From an uncultured Chthonomonadaceae bacterium (lineage in GTDB: Bacteria > Armatimonadota > Chthonomonadetes > Chthonomonadales > Chthonomonadaceae): a DNA stretch of 23,452 bases. Within the stretch, counting starts at the first letter, position 1. Each line of letters begins with the position of its first letter. Positions 18,456-23,452 of the stretch are shown in pieces. The position numbers and the translations under genes are program-made. The stretch is taken from positions 1 through 23,452 of the forward strand of contig CAWIEK010000036.1 of NCBI GenBank assembly GCA_963835065.1. Direction: 5' to 3'. Under the pieces are notes generated by a model, which saw only the letters and a list, made by a program, of their open reading frames with translations, was not told where the DNA came from and ran no database searches.

Positions 18456-19814
18456 CTATCCTAAATTCGCCAACGCGCCCGTAAAGTCGGCCATTGTCAG
18501 CGTTTTGGGCGTCCCTTGATTGTCGGCGTCGGCGATGCGGATCAATGCCTGTAGTCCCGCCTCATTGACCAATGCTTTGATGTCCGCGCCGCTGTAGCCT
18601 TCGCTTTGGGTTGCCAGTCCTTCCAGGTCCACGTCGGGCGCGAGGTTGGCGTGGCGGGTGCAAAGCGCGAAAAGCTGCCGCCGCGCTTCCAGATCGGGCA
18701 TGGGTATCTCAATCTCGCGGCTCAAGCGCCCGCCGCGCCGCAGGGCGGGGTCGAGCATATCGGGGCGATTGGTCGCGCCGACGAGAAACACGCGCGCATT
18801 GGGCGTGATGCCGTCCATTTCCTGCAAGAACTGGTTGACCACTTTATCCGAATGGATGGCGATGCCGCCCTGCCGTATGGGAAGCAGCGCGTCAATCTCG
18901 TCCACAAAAATAATCGCCGGCGGATTGGAGCGGGCTTTGGCGAATAAATCGCGGACGCGCTTTTCGCTTTCGCCCACGTACATCTGATGGATGTCGGCGG
19001 GCGTAATCGAAACAAAATTGCACTTTGCTTCGTTGGCAAGGATACGCGCAATTGTGGTTTTGCCGGTTCCGGGCGGGCCTTTCAGCAGGATTCCCGTCGG
19101 CGGCTGTACGCCTAATTCTTTTGCCAGGTCGGGCTTTTCCAGCATCAACTGCATTTGCCGCAGTTCGCGCTTGGTTTTCGGGTTGAGGACAAGATCATCC
19201 CAATTCAGACGCGACTCGTCTACGGTCGTGGTAACAGGGCGATGCTGCGCGTCGGGCGGAGCCTGCTCAAAAGAGTGCGCGAGCGTGGCATACGACGTGT
19301 TTTGCGGGTCGAGCGTGGCGGCTTTGCGGGCGGCTTCCACCGCCTCCTGCCGCAGATCCAGCGCCTGCAACGCGCGGCCAAGATAGTGGTAGGCGCGGGC
19401 GTCGTTGGGGGCGCGTTCCAGCACGGAGCGCAGATAGTGTACCGAGTCGTTGAGCAGTTGCCGGTAAAACTGGAATTTGCGCTTGCCGTCGCGGGCCGTC
19501 TGGTCGAACCCGAAAATTTGCGCGCCGTAAATCACGGCCATATCAGTCACGGACGGCTTTTCGGCTTCGGCATGGTTCCACAGGCTCCAGCCCAAGCGAA
19601 AACGCGCTTCCAGATTGTCCGAATCGAGGACGACGGCGCGGCGAAACGCTTCCACCGCCGCGCCCCATTCTAAGTTACGGGCGCGCTGCATCCCGCGATA
19701 CAGCGCTTCTTCCGAGGTTTCGCTGGAACGCGGCGGCGCGGGCGGCGCATCCGAACCGGCAGCGGGATTAGAACCATTGATATTGGTACTTGGTGAAGGT
19801 GAATTATTAGCCAT
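18456..19814 (-). CDS. TPR-domain AAA+ ATPase (single CDC48/FtsH-type AAA module)
   Basis: TPR-like N-terminus, Walker A 'GPPGTGKT', Walker B 'IIFVDEID', SRH 'ATNRPDMLDPALRRGGRL'. Confidence 0.9.
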   Translation of the reverse strand: MANNSPSPSTNINGSNPAAGSDAPPAPPRSSETSEEALYRGMQRARNLEWGAAVEAFRRAVVLDSDNLEARFRLGWSLWNHAEAEKPSVTDMAVIYGAQIFGFDQTARDGKRKFQFYRQLLNDSVHYLRSVLERAPNDARAYHYLGRALQALDLRQEAVEAARKAATLDPQNTSYATLAHSFEQAPPDAQHRPVTTTVDESRLNWDDLVLNPKTKRELRQMQLMLEKPDLAKELGVQPPTGILLKGPPGTGKTTIARILANEAKCNFVSITPADIHQMYVGESEKRVRDLFAKARSNPPAIIFVDEIDALLPIRQGGIAIHSDKVVNQFLQEMDGITPNARVFLVGATNRPDMLDPALRRGGRLSREIEIPMPDLEARRQLFALCTRHANLAPDVDLEGLATQSEGYSGADIKALVNEAGLQALIRIADADNQGTPKTLTMADFTGALANLG

Positions 19815-19868
19815 AGGTTAGGTTGTTAGGGTTTTAAGGTTTTAGGTTTTAGGGTGTCAGGTGTTCAG
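19815..19868 (-). repeat. AACACCTG and CTAAAAC repeats immediately upstream of the AAA gene ATG
   Basis: Minus strand CTGAACACCTGACACCCTAAAACCTAAAACCTTAAAACCCTAACAACCTAACCT-ATG. Confidence 0.75.
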
Positions 19869-19928
19869 ATACCGGTACTTCTCTTCTTTATACGCAGGGA
19901 ACGGGTACAACGATACCACAATTCATCA

Positions 19929-20885
19929 TCACGCATTTCTGGCGTCCAGAATGTCAAGCTGCGTGATGGCGGGGATAAGATTCCGTTCCGCGCCGCGCTG
20001 AAGGAGGGTTTCGATGCTGCGGCGGCCCTCCTCGCCCATTTCTATGGATTGTTCCGTGACGTACATGCCGATGTAGCTGGCAGTGGATTCGCGGTCCAGT
20101 TTGTGGGCGTAGGGTATGGCCGCGTCGAGTGAAGCAGTGGGATTGGCAAGAGAAGTGGATACCGCGGCGCGGATACGGCGGGCGATCTGGCGCTGTACGT
20201 CTTCCGGCACGTCCCGGCGCACAGCAACGACTTCGAGGGGCAGGGGCAAGCCCGTCGTTTCCTGCCACCACGCGCCCAAATCCACGACGTTGTACAATCC
20301 CAAAGCCTGGTGCGTCAATTGCTCCTGCCCCGTCAGCAGGGCGGCTTCGGCTTCGCCGCGCACAACCGCTTCGCGCAGTTCGCCTTCCGGCAGGAGTGTA
20401 TACGTAAAGGTTTTCGGCAGGAACAGGGAATAAGCGAGGAAACCGCTGTTGCGCAGGCCGGAAGCCACCATTGAGGCGGGCGGCAGTTCGACGGGCGTAA
20501 GCGGGTTGTAGGTGACGATCATCGCGCCATACCCACCCCCAAATCGCGCCCCGCACGACAAAATACGGTACTGATCCTGCACATACGCATACGCGGGAAC
20601 CGACAGCAGCGTGACGGGCAGTTCCCCTGTATGCGCCAGATGATCCAGCATATCAATGTGCTGCCAATGCGGCGTCAAAATGGGTTGTTCCGCGTCGGCA
20701 TCGTCCATCGACAGGTTTTCGATGGCGTCAGACTCTCCCGAAATGCGCGCGGCGTCTAAGGATTTTTGGGCGTCGCCAAACTCCGGCGCGGACAGCAGCG
20801 TATGCAGACGGTAAACCGCGTCCGGCGTGGGCGGCACTCCGAACGCGAAACCATCAGGCAGTTGTGGTGTCAGCGAAGTATCCAT
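19929..20885 (-). CDS. MqnA/MqnD/SBP-family protein (divergent MqnD-like)
   Basis: 'AYAYVQDQY..LSCGARFGGGYG', 'DLGAWWQETTGLPLPL...VRRD', 'IGMYVT'. The catalytic-region motifs are altered. Confidence 0.8.
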   Translation of the reverse strand: MDTSLTPQLPDGFAFGVPPTPDAVYRLHTLLSAPEFGDAQKSLDAARISGESDAIENLSMDDADAEQPILTPHWQHIDMLDHLAHTGELPVTLLSVPAYAYVQDQYRILSCGARFGGGYGAMIVTYNPLTPVELPPASMVASGLRNSGFLAYSLFLPKTFTYTLLPEGELREAVVRGEAEAALLTGQEQLTHQALGLYNVVDLGAWWQETTGLPLPLEVVAVRRDVPEDVQRQIARRIRAAVSTSLANPTASLDAAIPYAHKLDRESTASYIGMYVTEQSIEMGEEGRRSIETLLQRGAERNLIPAITQLDILDARNA

Positions 20886-21065
20886 TATGTTAATTTTCCT
20901 GATTGGCGTTCCCGTTGGCCTGATAGATGTGACATAACATGCACAATTGTACTGACCCGGTATATACCATCTAAATTCTTTACCGGGTTATTAGGCCTGC
21001 GGTCAATTGTCCTATGAACATAAGATTGTGCCGTGCTTAAGTGGTTTGTCCGTAAGACAACGGTC

Positions 21066-21098
21066 TATTCGCGTGTATTTGCGTGTATTTGCGGCTAA
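21066..21098. repeat. Decamer tandem repeat (TATTYGCGTG)x3
   Basis: TATTCGCGTG TATTTGCGTG TATTTGCGGC TAA. An inverted counterpart lies at 23411-23433. Confidence 0.75.
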
Positions 21099-21135
21099 AT
21101 CCTGATTTATAAACCGACGCAAAATTATGGCATAA

Positions 21136-23395
<2,260 letters not shown>

Positions 23396-23452
23396 AATAG
23401 AATGAGGAAATTAGCCGCGAATGAACGCGAATACAATTCAAGTCAGCCTGTA

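Overview
GC-rich bacterial chromosomal segment. The gene content and repeat style suggest an Armatimonadota-like lineage (inference only). Housekeeping genes: priA (split), plsY, mgtE, gpmA, a divergent MqnD-family gene and gmd. Accessory genes: HEAT-repeat, pentapeptide-repeat, vWA-lipoprotein, two tandem ankyrin paralogs, a TPR-AAA ATPase and a Phd/RelE toxin-antitoxin pair. Most notable observations: (1) A two-gene module encoding a small protein with an apparently catalytically degenerate nucleotidyltransferase-like fold plus a HEPN protein occurs twice, intact at 63-872 and decayed at 8744-~9225. (2) A LAGLIDADG intein sits in the NHE|S motif of GDP-mannose 4,6-dehydratase. (3) A nested MITE at 16879-17065 has 15-bp TIRs and a 10-bp target-site duplication and carries a GTAG-REP doublet. 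(4) Short 7-10-nt tandem repeats recur at gene junctions, often as inverted arms, and one such pair brackets an insertion inside priA. (5) The MqnD homolog lacks the IHEG catalytic motif. Four single-base frameshifts (priA, ankyrin, gmd twice) may be assembly errors.
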